A stretch of DNA of 48,974 bases, filler included, from Dirinaria sp. TL-2023a (taxonomy: Eukaryota), in NCBI GenBank assembly GCA_051941275.1. It is 2 parts of 2 records of this genome, joined end to end, with 100 filler letters (N's around TTAATTAATTAA, not from the genome) between each part and the next. Parts side by side here need not be neighbours in the genome. Positions count along the whole stretch, not along the records: positions 1 to 24,453 come from JAVEBF010000187.1; 1 more part is not named here. One strand, 5' to 3'. Made by a program: the position numbers and the translations under genes. Within the stretch, counting starts at the first letter, position 1. The number at the start of each line of letters is the position of its first letter. The notes under the pieces were generated by a model that ran no database searches, had not been told where the DNA came from, and worked only from the letters and a program-made list of their open reading frames with translations. Shown here piece by piece: positions 9,442 to 19,853 of the stretch.

Positions 9442-11466
9442 TCAATGCTTCCGCTTTAATTGCGCTTGCCCTCTTGCCTTTCGAGATTTTGCAATCGACC
9501 TGCGCGCCAAATTTCCAGTGATCCATCGTATAATCATGCCTCGCCTGGAAATTCGGCGTCAGTACAAGACGACAAGCCACCGAGCAAACACTTACATCAG
9601 ATAAAGGAATGTCACGAAGCACACCGGCACCGCTATTTGCCAAAAGAATCTAGCTCTGTCAGCATCTACTTTCAGGGGAAAATGACTGCACAATTGCAAT
9701 ACTTACGCATCTGAATGATGTTGCACACCATTAAACCGATCAAAATTCTGACCAAAGTAACCCTGCGGATTGTCAGCACAGACATACTTCGAGAGGGGTG
9801 AGAAGCAGTAACGGTCCCCCAGATTTCGTTATCATGGTACTTACAGTCAGGAAGGTCAGTGGTAGGAACAGGATTGTCACGATTGTCAGCTGCTTCATGC
9901 TTTCATTTTGCCGCGCGCTGTGCGTATTGAAAATGAGATCAATCATATTATCCGCTGCTCTCCGCATTTGGTCGAGTCCTTCGGTCATGAGAATGGCATG
10001 ATCTTCCACGTCGCCAAGGTACACCTGGGTCATTGGGTTGATGGTGACCGAGGATGAGCTAAGTTTCGGAGGTCTACCAAGGATGCCAGGGGTGCTGATG
10101 GGTTCGCTTTTGTGGTCTCGTAAAGCTCTAACCAAGTTAACGATTGGCGAAATGTTGCTCCTCAGTTGGGCGATTTCGGAAGTAAGGACGTAGAGTGATG
10201 TGGTATGGCCAATGTGTGGTTCGGTCAGGACGTCTAGCTCGAGTTCACCAATAGCATCTTGGTATGCTGTTGATACCGGGATCGCCAAGTCGATGATGGC
10301 GTCCAATATCGCTTGTGTCATCATACTGGCATCTGACAGCCTCCTCAGAATGGTCTCTGCACTGTTCAACCGTGGCAATATCGGCTCTTCGATATCATCG
10401 GCGGAGTGCTCGAAGAAGGAAATGACGGTATTATCTGCTGTCAAAAATATAGAAACCTGCTCCACACCCACGCCAAGGTTCTTCGAGCCCAAAGCCGAAT
10501 GTTTTTCCATGAATTGTACCCTCTCGACGTTCGGGCCACCATGATATTGTTGCAACGTCCGGACTTTGGCTACTGGCGCCTTCTCAGATGATATCTTGTG
10601 CGCATCAACATAGCCATTAGAAGGATGATGGATGTCGGCCGTAGTATCGAGTGGTTGTGGCGGCGCATGATCAGAACTCTTCGGTTGGAGCTTCAGCAAT
10701 CGTGATAGAAAAGACCTCCGAGATCTCCTCTTATTTTTCTTGTTCTTCTGTTTCTCGTTGACTGGCTGTTGCTCCCAGTCAGAACATTCCGACTCAGAGT
10801 CTGAATCTGGGTGAAGGTGGATGAGCTTCTGCAACGGTAAAACCACTGGAAAAATCAGCACGAATCCGAATTTCAAGAAACGTGCGGCTGACTGTAGGTA
10901 TGATCCGTGTACCAATCGGCCTTTGTTCGATTCCGCGGGTTGAGCAAATCTTCGATTGCAAGTCTATGCAGCCCATATTTATTACCAAGGACTCTCACCA
11001 CATCCCAGCTTAGTCCATTAACATTGATCCATCGACACATTGCCCAGTCTGGACGAGGCTTGCCCATGAACTGTATCAGCTCTGCATTGTCTAATTCGTG
11101 TTGTTGCGTGTGATCCTGGGAGAAGTCGACCAAGGTGATCTGACATGGTTCATTAAGCGGGGCGGCGGTGGAGGAGGAGTATGTTGGTGGAGGGGCGGAA
11201 ACATCGATTCCAGGCTCTTGGCCAGGCTGCCATGATTGACCTCTTCTCTCTGGACGATAGGTTTTGGCCGTGTTTGAACGATTGATGCGGCGCTGATGTA
11301 AGGACTCTGGAGGGGAGCTGACAGGTACTGAGGCGGTCGCGGAAGGATCGTGGGGTTGCGCTTCGAGGTCGATGTGGGTTGGTCTTCTGGGGCGATTGAT
11401 GGGTTGCTGCGCTTCGCCGGAGAAGTCTCGTACAGTGGTGAAATCTTGCGAATTGCGTCCTGACAT
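9442..11466 (-). CDS. CorA-family (2-TM-GxN) divalent metal transporter; exons 11466-10893, 10845-9845, 9762-9707, 9649-9596, 9544-9442
   Basis: RWINVNGLSWD, LHRLAIEDL, RTKADWY, VEQVSIFL, NESMKQLTIVTILFLPLTFLT|GYFGQNF and a second TM segment FFWQIAVPVCFVTFLYLM. Four canonical introns keep the frame. Confidence 0.92.
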
Positions 11467-12439
11467 TGTGTAGCTAGCTGCCACAGGCCAGTTTGGTTCG
11501 CAACAGCTCTGAAACTGAGGAATTGCAGCGCCTTCGACCTCGATTTATGAATGCAGGGAGGGGCAGTAAAGTAACCGAGGAACGTGTTTCGCAGGCCAAG
11601 CTTTTGCTGATAAGGATTAGTACGGTCGGGTAGATCAGGGGCGGTCCGCCTGTAACTCTACCCCTCCTCGCCCTCGTACAGCCCGAGAGCCCCTTAGGCG
11701 TACTGGCGTAGCATCTTCCTCGGTAGGTACTCACATTCATCTATCAAGAATGCCTCCTTTCAGATCTCAATGCCTCCGATTTACAATTCCAAAATCGTCT
11801 TCTTCTTTTCTTTTTTTTTCTCTTCTCTCTCAGTTTTACATTGAAAAATTTCTCTATTGAGCAGTAACACTTCCATGATCCTTCAAATCCATCTCGATCT
11901 CCGTCAAACCGGTCCTTTGCCTCCAAACTCGTACTCTATACTCCCGTCCGATTCAAGGGTTATCAGCTCCTTTTCCATCTCTATCTTATATCTCGATGCC
12001 TCAGAGTTAGAAATGCGAATCTTGTTTTTTTTGTTTTCTCTTCTCTAATGTCTTAATCCTCCGTTAACGATTTGGTGACGCTTTCGTCGTGAACCAGTCC
12101 ATCCACTTTACTAGTTCGTTTTCGCTTGAAAACCCGTATCCCGTCAGAGGCAGAGAAATGGGATGCGTTACGAATGTGAGGAATGAGTACCTATTAAGTA
12201 GTTGGGGATAGTGCTGTGCTGGTAGAGTATCCAGGGTGGTGGAAAGGCAGTCAGTGGGACTCGATATGAAAGGACTGTCGCATCATCATGTCATTGATTG
12301 TACATATTCAATTGATTCGCAGCCTATGCCAAACAAATTCCAAAATCGTACAATCTTAACGACCAAGGCATACATAACGAGTGAAGTCAAAGTCACAGCT
12401 CAGTATCTTCTATGCGTCGCCAGGTTAACATACCACTAT

Positions 12440-13142
12440 CGCAGTGGAGACGAGCTTCTAATCGATTACTACATCTTTCACAGTGATCCTAGATTGGGGA
12501 TCTCGTTCTTGCGGGGAAAGGTCCACTTTCTCTTTTCGCCAGTATATCATTGCAGCGGTGGCCGAGAACGGAGTCGACAGGGAGTCCCCACGCTGACTCT
12601 AGCCCTTTTGCTACTCCGTGTCTTGGCAAGAAACGGCGGCTCGTTGGTTGGTTGGTTGTTTTATGTCCATTTCTTGTTCACGGTCCCTACTACTATGCTG
12701 CCACTGCAACGTTAATGACCTGTCTCTTGAACAGCCGCTCCTCTTTGGTGAAATAGTCCATCGTCGTTTCGTTTACACGGTTTGTCCTGAGCTGCGGCTA
12801 TTTTTGCTGGTTGGTTTGCTTGGAACGAGCAGCCTGCCAGGGCATGGGGTATCGTGATTTTCGGGATAGACGGACGTTTCCTAATTATGTACTTCACTAT
12901 CTGACGGCTCTGTTGACATTCACTGCTGCCCCAGTTCACAACGAGACAAACTGGGGTTGATTGGGCGTTGGATGCAACGGTCATCCGAGTCATGGCAGCG
13001 AGCCCTGGATTGTGCTCATCATGAGGCAACACTCGTGTCTTCCTATCCAGACCAGCCAAAATGGCTCCAGATATGGCCGAGCGTCGGGCTTCTTTTGGAA
13101 TCTTCTCCCGTATTCTCAAGGTAGCCATGCTACTCAGCCGTC
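12440..13142 (+). ncRNA. Candidate long structured RNA (unassigned)
   Basis: Many nested helices with G-U pairs on the + strand. Examples: hairpin 12561-12627, TTGCAGCGGT/GCCACTGCAA (12550/12700), GGAAAGGTCC/GGACGTTTCC (12515/12872), GCCCCAGTT/AACTGGGGT, GACGGCT/AGCCGTC (12903/13136). No convincing ORF. Confidence 0.4.
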
Positions 13143-13170
13143 TTGATTATTGTCGAGAGACGATCTCATT

Positions 13171-14239
13171 TCATCCAGGTGGCGGGGCATAGGTCATGGC
13201 CCCAGGCGTAACGTAGGCGGCGCTCGCAGGCCCAGCATTTCTTCTGATGAGACCTTCTCGATTCCGCACTTCTTTTTCATTTTGGGCGACTACGCAACAA
13301 CAGCAACAGAATGATTTGATGCAATCAGATCCGAGATCACCGTGCAGCTGGTATGACTTCCTGACCCGCGCTCGTTGTATCATGGCGAGAACCCCTGTCA
13401 CGAATCAGTACGGGGAACGGACATGGTTACATGGTGTATATCCCCTTACACTGAAAGCCGCATGCTATCGCAAATAGCCCACAGGACCCATTACAAGCCT
13501 CGTAGCCTAAGACATCGGTGGGGTCTTGCTTTTGTGCTTTTTTGGACAGACGATACTGTGTTTTCCCATATGTCATACACGGACAGAACAAGCTGAAACA
13601 GCACAGAGCGTCAGGCGTGCATAGTCCGTGTTTCCATTCTGGGCTGACCATGGCATTGGGGTGTGAAATTTGCCCGGGCATATGGTTCTCAAGGGCTCCG
13701 TTTGGGCCAGCGAGAGAATCCGGATTATAGACCGTCGGTACTCGATTTTCCTGAACGAGCTTTTTCGGATGGTCCTCCTCTGATATCTGTCCGCTGCTCT
13801 TGTCATGCGACACATCATGAGGAGGCCCTAGTCCCTCGCGCGTTTTGACGGGTAGCGGCTCCGCTGATGCAGGCGCATGCTGTTGCATAAGCTGCGCAGG
13901 TGCAGAATCAATAGGGGCGAAATATGCTGGATGGACCTCTTGTGGAGGCGGGAAGTTATAAGGAGATCCTGTGCGCTCCACAGGGATATTCCGAGCTTGC
14001 TCAGTGGGCATTTGGGTGATAGGTGTAGCCCCGTAAAGACTGTCAGTGTAGGCTCTGCTCGGTGATATTGGCGACTCGTCGATGGTCGAATTAGTAGGGC
14101 TCGAGAATTGTTGGAATGTGGGTCGCTGCAATTCAAGTGGTGTCTCTTGAAAGGAATACCGTTGATTGCGCGAGAGATTTTTGGTCTGAATCTGACCAGG
14201 AGTCGCTCTCGTCGGTTGTGGTCGCACATCTGATGCCAT
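13171..14239 (-). CDS. PLAC8 (DUF614) family cysteine-rich protein; exons 14239-13450 and 13394-13171
   Basis: WKHGLC..CCFSLFCPCMTYGKT, QRARVRKSYQLHGDLGSDCIKSFCCCCCVVAQNEKEV. GT-AG intron 13449-13395. Low-complexity P/Q/S N-terminus. Confidence 0.9.
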
Positions 14240-15094
14240 TTTCACAAAAGTCGCCGAAAGACCGGAAAATGCGGGCTTGATATGGCTCTGTCGATGCTGG
14301 ATTAATCAATGCGATCCTGTGACGGGGCCGGGTTGCTCTTTGCAAGCGCAATCACACCAGCACTTTGAGGAGCTGAGGTGCTCAGAGGTGGTTTGTGTGC
14401 CATGGTAAGCCCAACATACTAGTCCAGTGGTCGCTGACGCCATTGGTCCCAGCGCTGAAATCGCACAACGCGCACCAATGATACCAGAGGTACCTTGGGT
14501 ACCAGTAAGCGCCGAGATGCAGACTAAGTATGAGGCAACAGGCACTAGCGTGGTGGCCCGCCTGAAAAAACACAGCCCGCAATCCTACGTATGGAATGTA
14601 CAGGATAGGGAGTAGATACAGATCAGGTCGTCAGATTATTAGAGATGTCAAGCAAAAGTCAAGAGTCTTGAACAATATTGAGTACTGATGTGTAATTGAC
14701 CCGTACAGAATGCGCATCGTGCTTACATGACCTCAAGGTTCGGATCTATAGGTTGTCCTTAAAACCTTGACTGCCTGGAAGATGAAGATTGCCGATCCAG
14801 GCCAAAATCTCATGGATTGCTGGAATGGCTCCTAGCCTGCCTTGAAAGATTCAAAATAGTGAAGTTGATCGAATTATCGTCAAAACTCTAGGCATTCCAT
14901 CTTGCGCTGGTATGTCCTCATCTGTCCATCCTACGTATTAATTTGATCGTGCTTTACCCCATCAATACGCAACCATTATTCAATCAATGCTTGTGGAAAA
15001 ATCATGAGAACCATGCTATCATAACAGAATTTGAAAGCCAATGCTTCCCAGACACTGATTAATGATCCTCTACGAATGCTCGGATGATTGACAT

Positions 15095-16478
15095 CTAGAA
15101 GAAATTCCCTTTTGGCATGGCCACAAAGCCAGCAGTCAGGGGGACAGTTATAAGCAGAGCCCAGGCTTCCGCTTGCCGAATGATCTTGTTTTGAATTATA
15201 GAGAGCCCTCCAGGCTGGACTGTCATCTTACGGTCGAATATTTTTTGCCACACTGATTTTTTCTCTTCCTGGGCAAGCCAGGATTCCCCATTATAGTTGT
15301 TTGCTGCGCCAAATACTTCCATCTTCACGGGCCAACGAGAGACGGTGTCGTCATATCTAATATTAAAGTCTTCGAACTCTGCCTCTCCATCCCCTAGCGG
15401 ATAGCTCGAGTGAGCATCCACGCCGACAGTTTCCCAGGGCCTTACATTCCGTGTATGCAATCGATGTAGGAGCACACACAGACCCCTATAAGCAGCAATC
15501 AAGTTTGTGATGCCGAACCACCATTCCAGCGCGGCAAAGATACGCCAGTACCGAGAATACGATGACAGCGTCAGGACTATGGCAATGACAAAACCTATAG
15601 TGATGTTCATAATGGCAAATGAACAAAGAAATATTGTTCGTGCTCTACTCCCATTGCAAATCGACCAACGGATGAAATTAGGATGAGCTTGGTTGCGCAG
15701 AACACTGTCGAGCATTCTTTTGACCAGTGTGAAAGCTGATGGATGGGTAGTCTGTTGCAAAGCGTAGAGAACGGCGGCTCGGTCATGGTCAGAGAGATTC
15801 AATTCGCGTGGACTGCCAGGCGCGATGTAATGAAACGCTATACGGTTGACTTCGGCGCGAAAAGGCTGCGATGCGAAAGTCTGCCATTTTATGCCTGCTG
15901 CCCCTATGACGTCGGCAGATGGAAACCCATCTAAGTCCATCGAACTGATCGTTGCTGAATACCTAGTCTGTTGGTCTTCCCATGTTGATGCGTTCGACAT
16001 GTCCTCGGTACTCAGGGTGCTAATGTCTTGCTCCTTGACCCCGAGAATCACCATGTGTTTTTCTGACATCGACGGTGAGAACGGTCGAGTTTTGTTGTCC
16101 GACTTGAGTAGCTCATCTGCTTGCCATTTGGGACAAAGTTGCTTCTCGGATTGTGGTGCTCTTTGGAAGCGGTGGTGATAATCGGCCAGCCAAAGGTAGA
16201 ATTGTAAGTTTTCCGCATCGTGTGAGACATAGCAGAGATAGTTCATAAAATCTTGAAGAGAACATGGCTACAAGATTTAGCCGATGTCTAGGGCAGCGTC
16301 TTGAAAGGATCCTCACCGGTTCCGCCTTGTTCCCTACAATCTGTTCGAATGACAACTCTGGAGGTATCGCAGCTTCACATTTCCGGCTATGGTCAATGGA
16401 GGCTTGGCAATTGACAGCATCGAGTGGACCATCAGATTTCTGGACGTATGTAGGCCGCTTGTAGAAGAGGATTGACAT
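15095..16478 (-). CDS. RGS-domain protein with C-terminal transmembrane helices; exons 16478-16317 and 16267-15095
   Basis: IPPELSFEQI..P|PCSLQDFMNYL..HDAENLQFYLW, YIAPGSPRELNLS, TTHPSAF, HPNFIRWSICNG, then three hydrophobic segments. Intron 16316-16268. Confidence 0.85.
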
Positions 16479-18281
16479 AATCGCCAACGAAGATGAATGA
16501 TGTGAAAGCCTGGGAAGTCATGCTCGGGAATGACACATCACCGGATGGAAACATTCGCAGCAAGGTTGTAAGGGCAAAGGAGCTGTTGTAGGAGAGATCA
16601 TCTCGGAAATGCGAACGAAAAATGAGAACCTTAGGGGGGGGGCCTGGGTAGCGGAGATCGGATGATAAAGCAGGCAGCTTGCGAAAATGCAAGCTCCGAA
16701 AAGATGGTCATAGCACCGGTCTTAATGTACCATTAGGAGAGTGTGCTCACAAGGTGATTATGTTCTCCGAGAATCGGAAAATGCTGGTGTGAGGCACAGC
16801 TCGGAGTACAGTACATGTAAGTACTCAACAGACTAAAACGGTCATCAGTATCGTGAGCGTGAGGAGACGTTGAAGCAGCCGGCCGGGGGCAATTGCCCTA
16901 GATGGCCATAATTGATACGACGTGCGAGCGTGTAAGCCGCAGGAGCCATGGTGCATTCACAGTTCGGCTTCCTGGAGTTGGTAGATGGTAGGCAGTCAGT
17001 TAAGGCAAACATAATGGTGGATAGAATGAGCGATTTGCATTCCGCTCATTTGCCAGAGCGTTCGGCGCATTTACCGCATTGATTCTCTAGTGCCGGCAGC
17101 GCTGATTTAATTCGTCCATCTAATCGACTAAACCATCTTGGCATCAGTTGGTCTACAGTACACTGCTACCGCGCCAACCTCGACCTAATTCAGACATTAT
17201 TCAGGTTGTCCAACATCTGCAAAGCCGTCTCCGGCTGCCGAATACACAGGTAAGCAGATCCGTGCTTCTGCAAGATTCGCGCGGTTGAGAGACGAGAGTT
17301 ACCTGTTGGTCAGCACAACAGCACGAGGGATGGAGTATCTGTCTAGGTCCAGAACCCACAGTTGGTGTTTCGGGGGAATAATGGTTTGGATCTATCTCGA
17401 CGATGATCGTCATTAGATGCGTCAAGCGGCAAGTTTGCATAAAACACTGTAAGTATGTCCAAGAACAAAGATATAAAAGGGATAGACTGCCGTGTTGCAT
17501 ACGAGCTCCAGAATTCTTGCACTGGTCGCGACAGTATCTTGAGCGAGTGGCATGTCTTTGACTATCTTACGTGTTTTCGAAATATTGCAGGCTGTCTGTG
17601 TTGGGAGTAGGTAGATTGAATGTGCTCTGCTCGATCTTGGTGGTTCGATACATGGTAAAGCTCAATTAGGAGCCGTCTCGGGTTTTATCGACCTTCTCCA
17701 CAAAGAAGCAGTTTTGAGTTCGAAAACAAGACAAAATTAAAAATCACTTGCAAGAAACTCTACACTGTAGACCTCAACTTCTGATTTCCGGCCTTCACAC
17801 TCAGCCAGCGCCTCACATACATCTCCCTCATGCGGCAACTTCACACTCTGTCTTTTAATTGCGCAATCGTCGTCTTCGTCACAGCTGATGCTGAGGGTGA
17901 TCCAGGTATCAAGATACATTACTGAAAGCGTTAAAAAATTCGTGAATATGAGATCTGAGTTTATAACATCTTATGTCAGATATGAGATTCGATGATTGCA
18001 AGAGACGAGAAAAACAATACAGCAGATCCATAGATGGCCACACTGATTAAGCTCCACCTCTGGCAGAAGATCTAATGCGAGCACGAGCGCTCCGTTATCT
18101 CGAGCAGGACTATCCGAACATAATCTGCTAGCGTACAGTTCGCCTCCTTTAAAAGAATCATCTGTACAGTCGCCATGCATGATGCCATGAAGCTAATATG
18201 GCCGTGGCAGCTCGACGATGTGATTGCGGCCGCAATTGATCATTTGATATTCCCTTCAGTTTCGTCCGAATCAGGTCGGTT

Positions 18282-19272
18282 TTAAGCCTGGCACAATTAG
18301 CATTTGACTTATTCTTTGAAACGGTGCTACGGTACCTGAGGCCGACCTGGATCAACTGTGCCTTTTGATTTTGCCGTCTCTGGTGTACCTTCGCCCTTTT
18401 TACTCTTCTCTGGGTTACTAACAACATCGGTCGAATGCTTAGTATCCGTGTTGGAAAGCCCTTCTTGCTTGCCCGACATTGTTGTGCCGCCGCCGGGGGT
18501 TTTCGCAGCGGCAGGCTACATCCGTCAAACACTTTCTCTTCATTTGGTCATTTAGTTGCCAGATAAGCAACTCACCTTGTCCTGGGTAGCATAGGATTCG
18601 TCCGTTTCTCCACCCTCTACACCCTGCCTAATACCATAGTGGCTATTTTTGGACTGTACGCGCTCAATTTCTTTGCCGCTGTCACTTTCATCTGCAACAT
18701 TCTGAGAGCCTTCATCTTCTGACGTGTCTGGTGTTTCTTGCTGGTCTCCTGCTTCGCCAGCAGATTCCTCCGACTGCTCGCTTGACTTCTCATCTCCCTG
18801 ATCTTCCGCTTGCTCATCATCATTATCAACTTCTTCACCAGACTTGTTCTTCCGTAGATCCGGAACAATATCACCAGGCTCACGATCTTCTGCAGGTGTG
18901 TCACTCTCTTCTCCTGCTTCATACTTCTCTGCACCATGTTCACCATGCTCATCCCCATGTCCATGATCGCTGGTCGGCGTGGGTTGAAGGAGGTATATAC
19001 AAGCCGGAATTGTGACAAGAGCAGATGGAATGGCCCTAGAGACACGAGATTAGGGCCATTGTGGCCAGATAAGGGGAAGGACAGGTGTGGAAAGGGCTCA
19101 GACGGGGATATTCGTACCACGGAAGGTCGCCGCGTTGGGGCAGGGGTCCTTGGTACCCTCTTGATTGAGTGCCCTGCCTCAGTCGAACACGGGGAAATTG
19201 GGTCCTTCCTGGCCTGACTGAGCAACCTGCCCAGCTTGCCGCTGAACGGATAGGAGCTCTAGGTACAACCAT
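18282..19272 (-). CDS. Probable mitochondrial single-pass protein with an acidic disordered tail (266 aa); exons 19272-19118, 19035-18576, 18515-18336, 18287-18282
   Basis: Arg-rich, acid-free N-terminus; GDLPW|AIPSALVTIPACIYLLQP TM segment; His/Glu/Asp-rich middle; C-terminal SGKQEGLSNTDTKHSTD...SKKGEGTPETAKSKGTVDPGRPQ. Three GT-AG introns keep the frame. Confidence 0.8.
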
Positions 19273-19853
19273 TGCATTGGCTATTCGAAGCTGCAAGGCT
19301 CCTGGTGTAGCGCAGGGAGCTCTTCAAGGAAATTCTATGCAGATACTGCAGTACGAACAGATCAAGTCGGCATTCCTGGAGAAAGCCAACAGGTTTTGAG
19401 AGGAGCTACAGAAGTGAGGATTGAAAGCCGCAAACCTAAAGCTTCAGAGCTCCCGAGAGTCCACGCTAAGGGAACTAAGCGAGATGATCGACATCCATAT
19501 CTTGGCACTCTCGTTAAGGTACAGGCTCACATATTATTGTCCTAAAGGGAGCCTAGGCAACCCCTGTCATATTGATATCATGTTGAAAGATGCTCGATGA
19601 AGGAGCTGGTGTTGATCGTTCCATGTCACCAGTCTGGCACCACGGTCTCAGCATGTCTAAGCTCGATATCTCTTGTCTTTCCTTTCTCAGATGCGCAGAG
19701 TCCACCTAATACAGTGGTGAACGTGGAATCAGCACAACAGCATTCAAACTGCATTGAAAGCGAGTAATCGTTTCTTTCACTTCCTCTTGCACATTCTAAT
19801 TTGAAAGTCCCTTTTTTGCGTCTCATTCAACTCCTGAGATTCTTGCAATCCAA

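Noticed and set aside
12745..12765. AAATAGTCC resembling a group I intron S element
   Set aside because: No upstream R element (GACTA) to form P7, and no host gene.
12712..13128. 138-aa minus-strand ORF and the 159-aa ORF at 12236
   Set aside because: No recognisable motifs or splice context. The region is better explained as non-coding or structured.
16480..18280. Short ORFs and isolated + strand GTAAG donors (about 16816, 17249, 17448) in the RGS upstream region
   Set aside because: No coherent gene model could be built. A lncRNA cannot be excluded but is not supported.
18617..19225. 202-aa Met/Lys-rich ORF in the track
   Set aside because: A shifted shadow of the real acidic exon 19035-18576.
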